A stretch of 64,000 nt of DNA, from assembly GCA_001819815.1 (NCBI GenBank), contig MHNO01000009.1, positions 147,016 to 211,015 on the forward strand, written 5' to 3'. Of this stretch, positions 20,042 through 28,101 are shown in pieces. Each line of letters starts with the position of its first letter. Position 1 is the first letter of the stretch. This DNA comes from Candidatus Ryanbacteria bacterium RIFCSPHIGHO2_02_FULL_45_17b. GTDB lineage: Bacteria > Patescibacteriota > Minisyncoccia > Ryanbacterales > 2-02-FULL-48-12. Both the position numbers and the translations under genes were made by a program. The notes beneath the pieces are model-generated. The model ran no database searches, had not been told where the DNA came from, and saw only the letters and a list, made by a program, of their open reading frames with translations.

Positions 20042-20386
20042 TTAACCAAGCTTACTGCCAATATCTATGGAATCTTTTTTTGGTTGTATCAAAACCCAGC
20101 CTTCACCGGCATTATTTTTAAAACCGAGCGTTAAAACTTCCGATGTAACCGGACCAATTTGTTTAGGTGGAAAATTCACCACACAGCACACAAGCGAGTC
20201 TAACAGCTCATCTTTCGTATGAGCGCCCACCGCCTGCACGCTTGATTGCTTGATACCTATTTCCGGTCCAAAATCAATCTTCAATTTGTAAGCAGGTTTT
20301 CGAGCTTCCGGAAAATCAAGGATTTCTATGATCTTCCCGACTCGAATATCCACCTTTTCAAAGTCATCGTATGTAATTTGGTTCAT
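20042..20386 (-). CDS. csaA: tRNA-binding protein / chaperone CsaA
   Basis: VDIRVGKI, FPEARKPAYKL, VVNFPPKQIG..SEVLTLG. Confidence 0.88.
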   Translation of the reverse strand: MNQITYDDFEKVDIRVGKIIEILDFPEARKPAYKLKIDFGPEIGIKQSSVQAVGAHTKDELLDSLVCCVVNFPPKQIGPVTSEVLTLGFKNNAGEGWVLIQPKKDSIDIGSKLG

Positions 20387-20389
20387 AAA

Positions 20390-21280
20390 TTACATTAATA
20401 ATATATAAACACCCGAAAACATAATTGTCGCCCCAATACACTTCTTAATCAGCATAGGTGCAGAAATATCCTCTTTGATAATATTTGGAATTAAAAAAGT
20501 GAGCAATGCGCCGATAATAATTGCATAAAAAGATTGCACCTGCATAATAACTGTAACTAAACCAGCGGAAGGAGCAATCACAAGGGCTTTTTTAATGACC
20601 ATCTGGCCAAAAAAATCTAAAACATTATTCCAAGAAAACCAGATATATTTTCTAATGGATGCTGTTTTTATTCCCTCGATAACTTGTCTCCGTACTGTTG
20701 GAATAATGAAAAGCGTAAGTCCAGCTAATGCAGAGCCCAACTCATCAAGCATTAAGTAATTCCAAAAAAACATTTTTGTCAGTCCGTAATCTATAAACAA
20801 GGTCATTACCGACCACATAAGAATTGCAATCAATATCATTCCAAGACCTTTGATAAAAACCCCTTTGGTTTTTTCAAACGAAATTATAGTTGCACCAGCA
20901 AGAACGATTACAAACCCAAAAAGCTCGTTTGGAGATAATGTTTGCCCCAAAAAGACGAAAGCCAAAATAGTGATTATGACAGGTATAAGTTTGAAAAGAA
21001 TTACAAGGGAGGAAGTATCACCTTGCTTAAGTGCTTTTCCATAGAAACCATAGGAATAAATAAGTATCATACCAGTTGCAATCGGTATCAAAGAGTACAC
21101 GCTTAATTCTGGCATTCCTACAAATAGAAAAATTGCGGCAAAGAAAATACAACTCGTGATGGTTGAAAAGAAAACAAAATCAAAAATTCCCTTCGTATAT
21201 TTATCAAGGATATATTTATCCACAAAATTAGATAAGGCCCAAAATAGTGGCGCAAGTAAGGAAAGAAAAATCCAATTCAT
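20390..21280 (-). CDS. EamA/DMT family transporter
   Basis: About 10 TM segments in a two-repeat DMT layout. Confidence 0.8.
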   Translation of the reverse strand: MNWIFLSLLAPLFWALSNFVDKYILDKYTKGIFDFVFFSTITSCIFFAAIFLFVGMPELSVYSLIPIATGMILIYSYGFYGKALKQGDTSSLVILFKLIPVIITILAFVFLGQTLSPNELFGFVIVLAGATIISFEKTKGVFIKGLGMILIAILMWSVMTLFIDYGLTKMFFWNYLMLDELGSALAGLTLFIIPTVRRQVIEGIKTASIRKYIWFSWNNVLDFFGQMVIKKALVIAPSAGLVTVIMQVQSFYAIIIGALLTFLIPNIIKEDISAPMLIKKCIGATIMFSGVYILLM

Positions 21281-21525
21281 ATCATTTTATCAATCAAAGC
21301 TAACTTCTTTTCACGAGTAAGACTTTTTATGTTGCTTTCGCGTTTCAGCGCCTCATTCCGTGTGGCAAATTCCTCCACATGAACAATTTTTTGGACGCCT
21401 TTTGCCCGCGTGTACTTTGCGCCTTCCCCTTCCTTATGTTCCAAAAACCGCCGTTTATAATCGTTGGTAGAACCTGTATAAAGACTCCCATCTTTGCATT
21501 GGAGAATGTATACGTAGTAGGTCAT
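21277..21525 (-). CDS. Small GIY-YIG nuclease (UPF0213 type)
   Basis: YVYILQC.DGSLYTG, RRF.EH, GAKYTR, ALKRE. Confidence 0.9.
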   Translation of the reverse strand: MTYYVYILQCKDGSLYTGSTNDYKRRFLEHKEGEGAKYTRAKGVQKIVHVEEFATRNEALKRESNIKSLTREKKLALIDKMI

Positions 21526-21586
21526 AGAAATAATCCCTCGTATTTCCATAAGACAACCTTATGGAAATTTCCTGCTGTGGATAACT

Positions 21587-21615
21587 TTGACTTTTAGGTT
21601 ATAAACTGTTATACT
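21587..21615 (+). promoter_or_regulatory. Near-consensus sigma70 promoter with no downstream plus-strand ORF
   Basis: TTGACT-17 nt-TATACT; DnaA-box match TGTGGATAA at 21576-21584; hairpin/T-run at 21631-21672. Confidence 0.45.
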
Positions 21616-21732
21616 TGCTTTTTTCACAAGAAAAGGCACTTCCTTGGGTTCCGTCCCTTGGCAGTGCTTTTTCATTTACTGTAGCTTTTTTTGTAAATTA
21701 TCCATAAATACGATCCTTACTCCCAACCGCAG

Positions 21733-21803
21733 CTGCCAGACTAGGATTCGAACCTAGATACCCGCCTCCAAAGGGCGGTGTCCTACCATTAGACGATCTG
21801 GCA
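21733..21803 (-). tRNA. tRNA-Gln (TTG)
   Basis: Cloverleaf: acceptor TGCCAGA/TCTGGCA, anticodon arm CCGCC-CTTTGGA-GGCGG, T arm CTAGG-TTCGAAT-CCTAG; CCA not encoded. Confidence 0.95.
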
Positions 21804-21817
21804 ATAGATTTTATAGA

Positions 21818-22168
21818 TTACTCCTCTGTAAGTAATGATATAAGTTGCTCTATAACTTCTTCCAAAATATTCTGTGGAACCTTTTCTATATATACAGCTT
21901 TCCGTGTTTGCCAATCTGCAATACGTACTTGATCTACAAGAATAACTCCTCCTATCTTTTTCCCTTGCGCCCCTAACAAAACTTCAAATGGATACCCTTT
22001 TACATGCGACGTTACAGGACATATAAGCGCGAGCTTCATCCGGCCATTGTACGATTTTGGAGACAATACTAAAGACGGCCGGCGTCCCGCTTGCTCATGC
22101 CCTCGGTGTGGATCAAGAGTAACCCATATTATATCTCCTCTTGCAGGTATATAGGATTGCTTTACCAT
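21818..22168 (-). CDS. mazF: MazF/PemK family endoribonuclease toxin
   Basis: RGDIIWV, GHEQAGRRP, CPVTS, KGYPFEV, LVDQVR. Confidence 0.93.
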   Translation of the reverse strand: MVKQSYIPARGDIIWVTLDPHRGHEQAGRRPSLVLSPKSYNGRMKLALICPVTSHVKGYPFEVLLGAQGKKIGGVILVDQVRIADWQTRKAVYIEKVPQNILEEVIEQLISLLTEE

Positions 22169-22413
22169 ATTTCCCGCCCAACAGGACCCACCCAACCTTT
22201 CCACGCATCTCCATGTTTGTTTTCGTCCGTAATTTTAGCAACTCGTTCTTTTAAAGTAATCTTTTTCTTAGCTTTGATGGGTCGAATGGATATCTGTTCA
22301 TCTTGAACGAATACTTGAACATCACTCCCTTCGTGCAAGCTCAACTCTTCCGAAACATGTTTCGGAATGTGCACCCCTAAACTATTGCCCCACATTTTTA
22401 TTTTTGTAGTCAT
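22162..22413 (-). CDS. mazE: MazE/AbrB family antitoxin
   Basis: KMWGNSLGVHIPK; C-terminal GREIW; overlaps the mazF start. Confidence 0.92.
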   Translation of the reverse strand: MTTKIKMWGNSLGVHIPKHVSEELSLHEGSDVQVFVQDEQISIRPIKAKKKITLKERVAKITDENKHGDAWKGWVGPVGREIW

Positions 22414-22447
22414 ATATACATTGTATATACACTAATAATTTTGTCAA
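22413..22447 (-). promoter_or_regulatory. mazEF promoter with palindromic operator; leaderless start
   Basis: TTGACA-16-TACAAT-6 nt-ATG; palindrome TATATACA-T-TGTATATA at 22413-22429. Confidence 0.7.
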
Positions 22448-23571
22448 ACCTCTTTCACCTCTTCTTTTTTCGGCTCTCCAAGCGTATCCCGCAAAATGTC
22501 TACCACCGCAAGCTCCAATGGCAATTGCGGAAACACGGTACGGTAACTCATCCAGTAGGCATCAATCAATGACTTCATCATCTGTTCCAGTTGTGAAACC
22601 GATGCTTTTGCGCAGTGTTCCTTTATGAACTGCTGTTCGGCATCAGTCATATCGGAAGCAACTTGAGTAGCCATTCTTGCATCAAGCCGGCCAAGCAACA
22701 AGTGCCGTACATTCCGTATAATCATTTTAAGATAAAATTGCGGATCAATGCCTTGATCTACAGCTTCGTTTGCCACGCGCGCCGCCTTAGCCGGGTCCTT
22801 TTCCAAAAGAGCGGCAACAAATGAAAGCACCGCTTCTTCCGGCGGCGCGCCTAACGCAAGCCGCACATCTCCTGTGGTTAGCTTATCACGTCCGCTCAGC
22901 ACCTGCCCCAGCATACTCTCGGCATCCCGCAGGCCGCCGTCGGCAAACAGCGCGAGCAATTGCAAAGCATCCTTGTCTGCCGTAATACCTTCCCTTTTTA
23001 CCATCTTCCCAAGACGTTGCACAATAACCGGCATGGATATTTTACGAAACTCATAATGCTGGGTGCGTGATATGATTGTTTCAGGAACCTTTTCTTTGTC
23101 GGTAGTTGCTAAAATAAAAATCGCGTGGGCAGGCGGTTCCTCCAATGTTTTTAAAAGCGCGTTAAACGCGTCTTTGGTAAGCATGTGGCACTCGTCAATG
23201 ACGTAGATTTTATACTTTGCTTGGGAAGGCGCAAGGCGAATTGCCTCACGAAGCTCGCGGATTTCATCAATGCCACGGTTAGAAGCCGCGTCAATTTCAA
23301 TGAGATCAAGCCCCGTGCCTGCGGAAAACTCTTTGCAAATACCGCAGGTATTGCAAGGCTCGCCGTCTTTCGGTTTCTCACAGCTTGCCGCTTTTGCCAA
23401 CAGGCGCGCCACGGTGGTTTTCCCCGTGCCGCGCGGGCCCGAAAATAAATACGCATGCGCGATGCGATTTAGGCGAATAGCATTCTGAAGCAACAAGGTA
23501 ACATGCTCCTGCCCCACCACATCCGCAAATGTCTGCGGCCGATATTTTCGGTATAAAACGTGCTCGGACAT
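22444..23571 (-). CDS. dnaX: DNA polymerase III subunit gamma/tau (short, gamma-like)
   Basis: LYRKYRPQTF, GPRGTGKTT, Zn-binding Cys, EIDAASNRG, DECHML, LKTLEEPP. Confidence 0.97.
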   Translation of the reverse strand: MSEHVLYRKYRPQTFADVVGQEHVTLLLQNAIRLNRIAHAYLFSGPRGTGKTTVARLLAKAASCEKPKDGEPCNTCGICKEFSAGTGLDLIEIDAASNRGIDEIRELREAIRLAPSQAKYKIYVIDECHMLTKDAFNALLKTLEEPPAHAIFILATTDKEKVPETIISRTQHYEFRKISMPVIVQRLGKMVKREGITADKDALQLLALFADGGLRDAESMLGQVLSGRDKLTTGDVRLALGAPPEEAVLSFVAALLEKDPAKAARVANEAVDQGIDPQFYLKMIIRNVRHLLLGRLDARMATQVASDMTDAEQQFIKEHCAKASVSQLEQMMKSLIDAYWMSYRTVFPQLPLELAVVDILRDTLGEPKKEEVKEV

Positions 23572-23674
23572 GTGGATATTGTACCAAAAATAAACGAAAA
23601 TTCAATCTGTGATACTTGACAACATGTATAATCAGAGTATATTTGAGCCAAAACTGTTTTGAAAGGAGATATGT

Positions 23675-24118
23675 ATGGAAAACAGACTATATCCGAAGGA
23701 GGGAGAGGTGTTTGAGATGACAGGGGATTTTAATGTTAACACCCCTGAAAAGCTCATAAAAGTACTTGGCAGAACAGAAAACTGTGAATATGAGGGGACC
23801 CCATTGACAGGTATCCAAACAGCTAAATTCAAACTCCAGCGAGCAGGAGGCTTTGATGCTGGGAGCGTGCGCTGTTATATCCAAAAGAATTTTGGAGAGC
23901 CGGCTAGGGGACAGTGGATTCTTGTCTTTAAAGAGAATTTCCCTTTCCATGATAACCATTGGAGCATTGGATGTGCGGATGAATCCTGGAGATCGAAATC
24001 TCCTGCAAACTCGAATGGTGTCCTCGTAATTGGCACTAAGAAAGGAGCTATACATCTCGAGTACGAAGGAGATAATTTTTCATCACGTGAGTATATGTGG
24101 CTCGTACTGGTAGAATAG
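23675..24118 (+). CDS. Hypothetical protein (ORFan with strong SD, own promoter and terminator)
   Basis: TTGACA..TATATT upstream, AAAGGAG SD, terminator AGAGACAG..CTGTCTCT plus T-run at about 24142-24173. Confidence 0.65.
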   Translation: MENRLYPKEGEVFEMTGDFNVNTPEKLIKVLGRTENCEYEGTPLTGIQTAKFKLQRAGGFDAGSVRCYIQKNFGEPARGQWILVFKENFPFHDNHWSIGCADESWRSKSPANSNGVLVIGTKKGAIHLEYEGDNFSSREYMWLVLVE

Positions 24119-24182
24119 TACTATAGATGGCACACACAACCAGAGACAGTCCAGGCAGGCTGTCTCTTTTTTTATCCCTATA

Positions 24183-24370
24183 GTGTTTAAAAAACAATAA
24201 AATACATTTTTGCACAGATGCTTCGAAATTTAAAATTGTAAGAGTTTTGAAAAAAAATCGTAAACTCCTTCCTCTGGTCGTCAAACATACGATTTTTTGA
24301 CAAACCTCTAACAATTTTTAAAAATTTCTCCACAAAAGTGCAAAAATGTATTTTATTGTTTTTTAAACAC
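24183..24370. repeat. 188-bp fold-back element with 33-bp perfect outer arms
   Basis: 24183-24215 is the exact reverse complement of 24338-24370; imperfect inner stems continue toward the centre. Confidence 0.85.
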
Positions 24371-24964
24371 AAACAATTTATAGCCGAAAAAGTTCCAAAA
24401 GAGCGACACGGCAGTAGCGATAATTTTTGCCGCGCCAAGTACCCTGCTTGGCGCAATAATATCAAGCCGTAACAGAAAGGTACCCGCCCAAAAAGCGACA
24501 CCGCTGTTAATACCAATGCTTAACAAGGTGATCAGTAAAAATCCCATGAACTCTTTGGTACTGGGAGGCGCTTTCTCGCTAAACGTCCACGTGCGTTGCC
24601 AAAAATAACTATTCACAATAGCAACAGCGCCTGATGCTACGAAAAGATACAATATACGCGGATCGTCAAGGCTAATGCCCGTGTAATACTGCAAGGTGTA
24701 GACAATGCCGGTATCAACAGAAAAATTCATAAGACCGACAATGCCAAAACGCCCCAATTGCTTGAGCGCGGTCACATGGGAAAATAATTTTGAAGCGATG
24801 ACATACGCGACATATTCGCCCGCCGGTAATATGATAAAAAGCGACCATATCGGCAGATTGAAACTTCCGTATGCAAGCGGCGTACGGGAAAAAACAAGAA
24901 TTGGCGTTATAAAAACCGCCGTAATGAATCCGATAATCGCTGCAATAGTATAATCGTTACGCAT
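24353..24964 (-). CDS. GtrA family membrane protein
   Basis: QLGRFGIVG..NF.VD, NSYFWQRTWTF, WNFFGYKLFVF. Confidence 0.88.
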   Translation of the reverse strand: MRNDYTIAAIIGFITAVFITPILVFSRTPLAYGSFNLPIWSLFIILPAGEYVAYVIASKLFSHVTALKQLGRFGIVGLMNFSVDTGIVYTLQYYTGISLDDPRILYLFVASGAVAIVNSYFWQRTWTFSEKAPPSTKEFMGFLLITLLSIGINSGVAFWAGTFLLRLDIIAPSRVLGAAKIIATAVSLFWNFFGYKLFVFKKQ

Positions 24965-24984
24965 TGTTTTATTAGTATACCAAA

Positions 24985-27429
24985 CTATCCTTCATGTTCA
25001 TACCGTTTCATAATCTCCGCCTCTACTTCTTCTTTCGGCCGGCCATATTTAATGCGCGAATATTCTTTTACCGCTTCGGCGACGACCTTATCACCGTCGG
25101 GTGATAAAAATATGTGCATGCTAAAAGGCCGAGACGTCTGACCCTTAATCAACAGGCGCATGTAGGCATTGCCATTATCGAGATTAATCAAATCTTGGGC
25201 GGTAAAGACAGGAGCGAATTGTTGTTCCATAAATTCCGCATCCTCCACTCCAATACGAAGCGAGGCCATCGATCCTACGTTGCCGAATACCGCTTTTTTA
25301 ATATCATCAGAGAGCTGGCCGATAAATTGATGCGATATCACCAGATTGAGACGATACTTGCGCGCTTCTGAAAGAATAGTGGCAATAGAGGGCGTAGTCA
25401 CATTTTGAAACTCATCAATATAGAAGAAAAAATCATTGCGTGTTTCGCGCTCCACGTTTACGCGAGAGAGGGCGGCAAGCAAGAGTTTACCGACAATGAT
25501 GAGCCCGAGCAAACTTGAATTAAGCTCGCCCAAGCGGCCCTTGGAAAGATTGATCAATAAAATCTTTTTCTCGTCCATTACTTTTCGAAAATTGAAGCTC
25601 GAGTGCTGTTGGGCAATCATCGGGCGCATAATGTCGTTGGCTAAAAACACATCGAACTTTGATGTAATGTATGGAACGATATTGGCAAGTGATGCTTCCC
25701 CGCCGGCTTTCTCCGCCACATCGCGCCAAAATGTTTTGACCACCACGTTGGTGCATTTTGAAAGTTTATAGTCACGATATGTTTTATCAGCCATAACGCG
25801 TCCTACCTCCAAAAGAGTTGCAATCTCGGTAGGGTCATCTATAGCCAGCATGGTTGCATTGCGAAAATACTGCTCAAACATCGGCCCCATCGATTCAGGA
25901 ACGCCGCCGTAGAGCTTCTGAAATATGCTAAAGAGTTCATTAACCACAAATGTTTTTTGCTCAGGAAACTGCGGATCATATTCAAGCATGTTAAGCGCCA
26001 AGGGTCGGTCAATGTCTCCCGGATTAAAATAAATCACATCCTCCATGCGCTCTCGCGGTATAAGAGTGAGCAACTTTTCGATAGACTCGCCGTGCGGATC
26101 AATAAAACAAACCCCATCGCCATTTTTAATATCTTGGCGCGCCATTTCTTCCAAGAAATTTGACTTACCGGTACCGGTCTGACCTATCACATAGAGATGA
26201 CGTCTCCGATCATCACGTTCAAAATGCAAAGGCGAGTGCTCCCCGCGAAATACATTTTCCCCGAGCACAATACCTTCTGTAGGTAAGTTTGCCGGGGAAG
26301 GAGCTTCCCGCGCTTTTACATATTTTACTTTAGATGCTGATAATGCGCCTATGGGAAAATGGTACAAGCTCGTAAGCTCTTCCGTGCTTAAATACACAGC
26401 TTGCTTTTCTTGAAACATCCTAAATGAAAATTGGTATGCCAGTTCTTCCAGTGAGCTCCCACGTTTCCGCTCTACGATAAAACTGTTTGCCTGTGGGTCG
26501 GAAAACTGCAAAAACGCATCTTCCAAACTTTGCAAAATATCAAGCGCTTCTTCTTGTGTTGCCGCGGAGGCAAGCAGACGGATGTTTACGTCAAACCCCG
26601 CGCGGGCGGCTTTTTCTTCCACCTGCTTTACCAATTCTTCATCCACCGGATCAGGTGACTTTTGAAATTCGTCTTCTTTTTGTTTTTTCTTCGGACCAGA
26701 AATAAACTCTCCCATGACATTTGTAGCCGCTCCTTGCCATGAATCAGTTTTGCTAATTTCTTTCAAGCTTTTGCCTTTCTTCAAAAATCGAGCCGTCTGC
26801 TTGCCTTTTTCTTGCCACTCACTGCTCGCCGGCCTTACCACTAACTGAATAGCGGCTCCATCTCCTTCTTTTTTCATTTTTGAAAACGCCGTTGTCAATA
26901 CCTCAAGCGGATCTGCCTCCAACCGGCGATAACTTTTAATAGGAAAAAATGGCGCGCGTTTGAGGCGCAAGGTAGAGCCCACCGTAACCCCGTCTTCGTT
27001 AAAAATATTGTAATCTTTTATTTGTTCCACCCGCGCATGTGGAAACAACGCGCTGACTTTTTTTTCAAACACACGGCTCCACTTGCGAGGCACAGCCACA
27101 TAAAACGTGGTTTCTTCACCCACGGATGGAAGAGCAATTTCAAGCGCAAAAGAAGGCCGATCGGTAAGAAATCCAAGCGTGCGCACTTCATCGCGCGACA
27201 CCATGCCGGCGTAAAACTGTTCCATGATGGAAATAATATCTTTTGGATCCCGCCGTTCTTGTTCGTTTGCCGTCGATTCCTGCGGTAACAGAACTACGTA
27301 AAGCACCAACTGCAACGAACCCGACACGCGGTTATGTTCCCGCGCCCGCTGAAAAAAATACCACACTGCCGTACCCGCGCCGGCCCCGAAAGCAATAAAG
27401 ATGAGAAGATAAAAAAGACTTGATGTCAT
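24985..27429 (-). CDS. VirD4/TraG/HerA-like membrane-anchored P-loop ATPase
   Basis: DRRRHLYVIGQTGTGKS, IDPHG, YIDEFQN, SEARKY, SHQFIGQL, VFGNVG. Confidence 0.88.
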   Translation of the reverse strand: MTSSLFYLLIFIAFGAGAGTAVWYFFQRAREHNRVSGSLQLVLYVVLLPQESTANEQERRDPKDIISIMEQFYAGMVSRDEVRTLGFLTDRPSFALEIALPSVGEETTFYVAVPRKWSRVFEKKVSALFPHARVEQIKDYNIFNEDGVTVGSTLRLKRAPFFPIKSYRRLEADPLEVLTTAFSKMKKEGDGAAIQLVVRPASSEWQEKGKQTARFLKKGKSLKEISKTDSWQGAATNVMGEFISGPKKKQKEDEFQKSPDPVDEELVKQVEEKAARAGFDVNIRLLASAATQEEALDILQSLEDAFLQFSDPQANSFIVERKRGSSLEELAYQFSFRMFQEKQAVYLSTEELTSLYHFPIGALSASKVKYVKAREAPSPANLPTEGIVLGENVFRGEHSPLHFERDDRRRHLYVIGQTGTGKSNFLEEMARQDIKNGDGVCFIDPHGESIEKLLTLIPRERMEDVIYFNPGDIDRPLALNMLEYDPQFPEQKTFVVNELFSIFQKLYGGVPESMGPMFEQYFRNATMLAIDDPTEIATLLEVGRVMADKTYRDYKLSKCTNVVVKTFWRDVAEKAGGEASLANIVPYITSKFDVFLANDIMRPMIAQQHSSFNFRKVMDEKKILLINLSKGRLGELNSSLLGLIIVGKLLLAALSRVNVERETRNDFFFYIDEFQNVTTPSIATILSEARKYRLNLVISHQFIGQLSDDIKKAVFGNVGSMASLRIGVEDAEFMEQQFAPVFTAQDLINLDNGNAYMRLLIKGQTSRPFSMHIFLSPDGDKVVAEAVKEYSRIKYGRPKEEVEAEIMKRYEHEG

Positions 27430-27434
27430 GTGAG

Positions 27435-27863
27435 CTACGTAACCTTCCGAGCTTGAATTACCTTATCATAATATTCATCGACAAGCATATCATGAAAATC
27501 ATCCAAGAGATGAAGATCGCCCAGATGCCGCGCCACATATACCGCGGCAAGAATACCCTTCGTGAGCGCAATTTCCACAAGCGCCTCCACTTGTTCGTGA
27601 TGTTCTTTTTCACGAAGATCATCTGCGTTCTGTCGAGCATGCGCAATGTGGCTAGAAGGTAGCGGGGGTGGTGTGTTCGCGGAATCTGCTGACTCTGCGG
27701 CTACTTGCTTTTCAGCGTCCTCCTTTGCGGATTCCACATGTTCCCGCAACACATCGCGAAAAACATCCTTTTCCTCTTTCCCTTCTTCTTTACGTGCGGC
27801 AAGTTTTTCCTCTAAAACGCGAAGCTCTTCCTCAAGTGATTGTATAGATTCTTGTTCAGGCAT
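27435..27863 (-). CDS. Hypothetical coiled-coil protein
   Basis: 142 aa; conserved-looking C-terminus KGI..A..A....HLLDDFHD; co-oriented with the ATPase. Confidence 0.7.
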   Translation of the reverse strand: MPEQESIQSLEEELRVLEEKLAARKEEGKEEKDVFRDVLREHVESAKEDAEKQVAAESADSANTPPPLPSSHIAHARQNADDLREKEHHEQVEALVEIALTKGILAAVYVARHLGDLHLLDDFHDMLVDEYYDKVIQARKVT

Positions 27864-27910
27864 GGTTTTAGTATAGCAAGATAGAAAATAAAAAGCGATT
27901 ACTGTATATA

Positions 27911-28053
27911 CCGTGAATTATGGAACACACCCTCATCCGATGACCGCCACGCGAATTGATAATGAGTTGAACAAGACGTTATATTGTACTTGCATATGCA
28001 AATCGATGGGAGGTCATCAGATGAGAGGAATACATGTGTTTCGTAATTTAAAG
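27911..28053. mobile_element. MITE-like element, copy 2 (143 bp; central 41-bp hairpin region deleted)
   Basis: Same termini and body as 2811-2994; TATATA on both flanks. Confidence 0.8.
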
Positions 28054-28101
28054 TATATAGGTATATGTACGCATACTATATACGCATGATACAATGGTCA
28101 T

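Noticed and set aside
21216-21706. DnaA-box matches (21216, 21576, near-match 21698; another at 32687) as oriC
   Set aside because: Too few and too scattered, one lies inside a CDS, no dnaA/dnaN is nearby, and gene orientation does not switch.
19106-21803. Genomic island integrated at tRNA-Gln
   Set aside because: No integrase and no duplicated tRNA 3' end was seen, although the downstream genes look accessory.
22444-22500. Programmed frameshift extending DnaX to a tau form
   Set aside because: The gene is followed at once by the mazEF promoter, leaving no downstream frame for tau domains.
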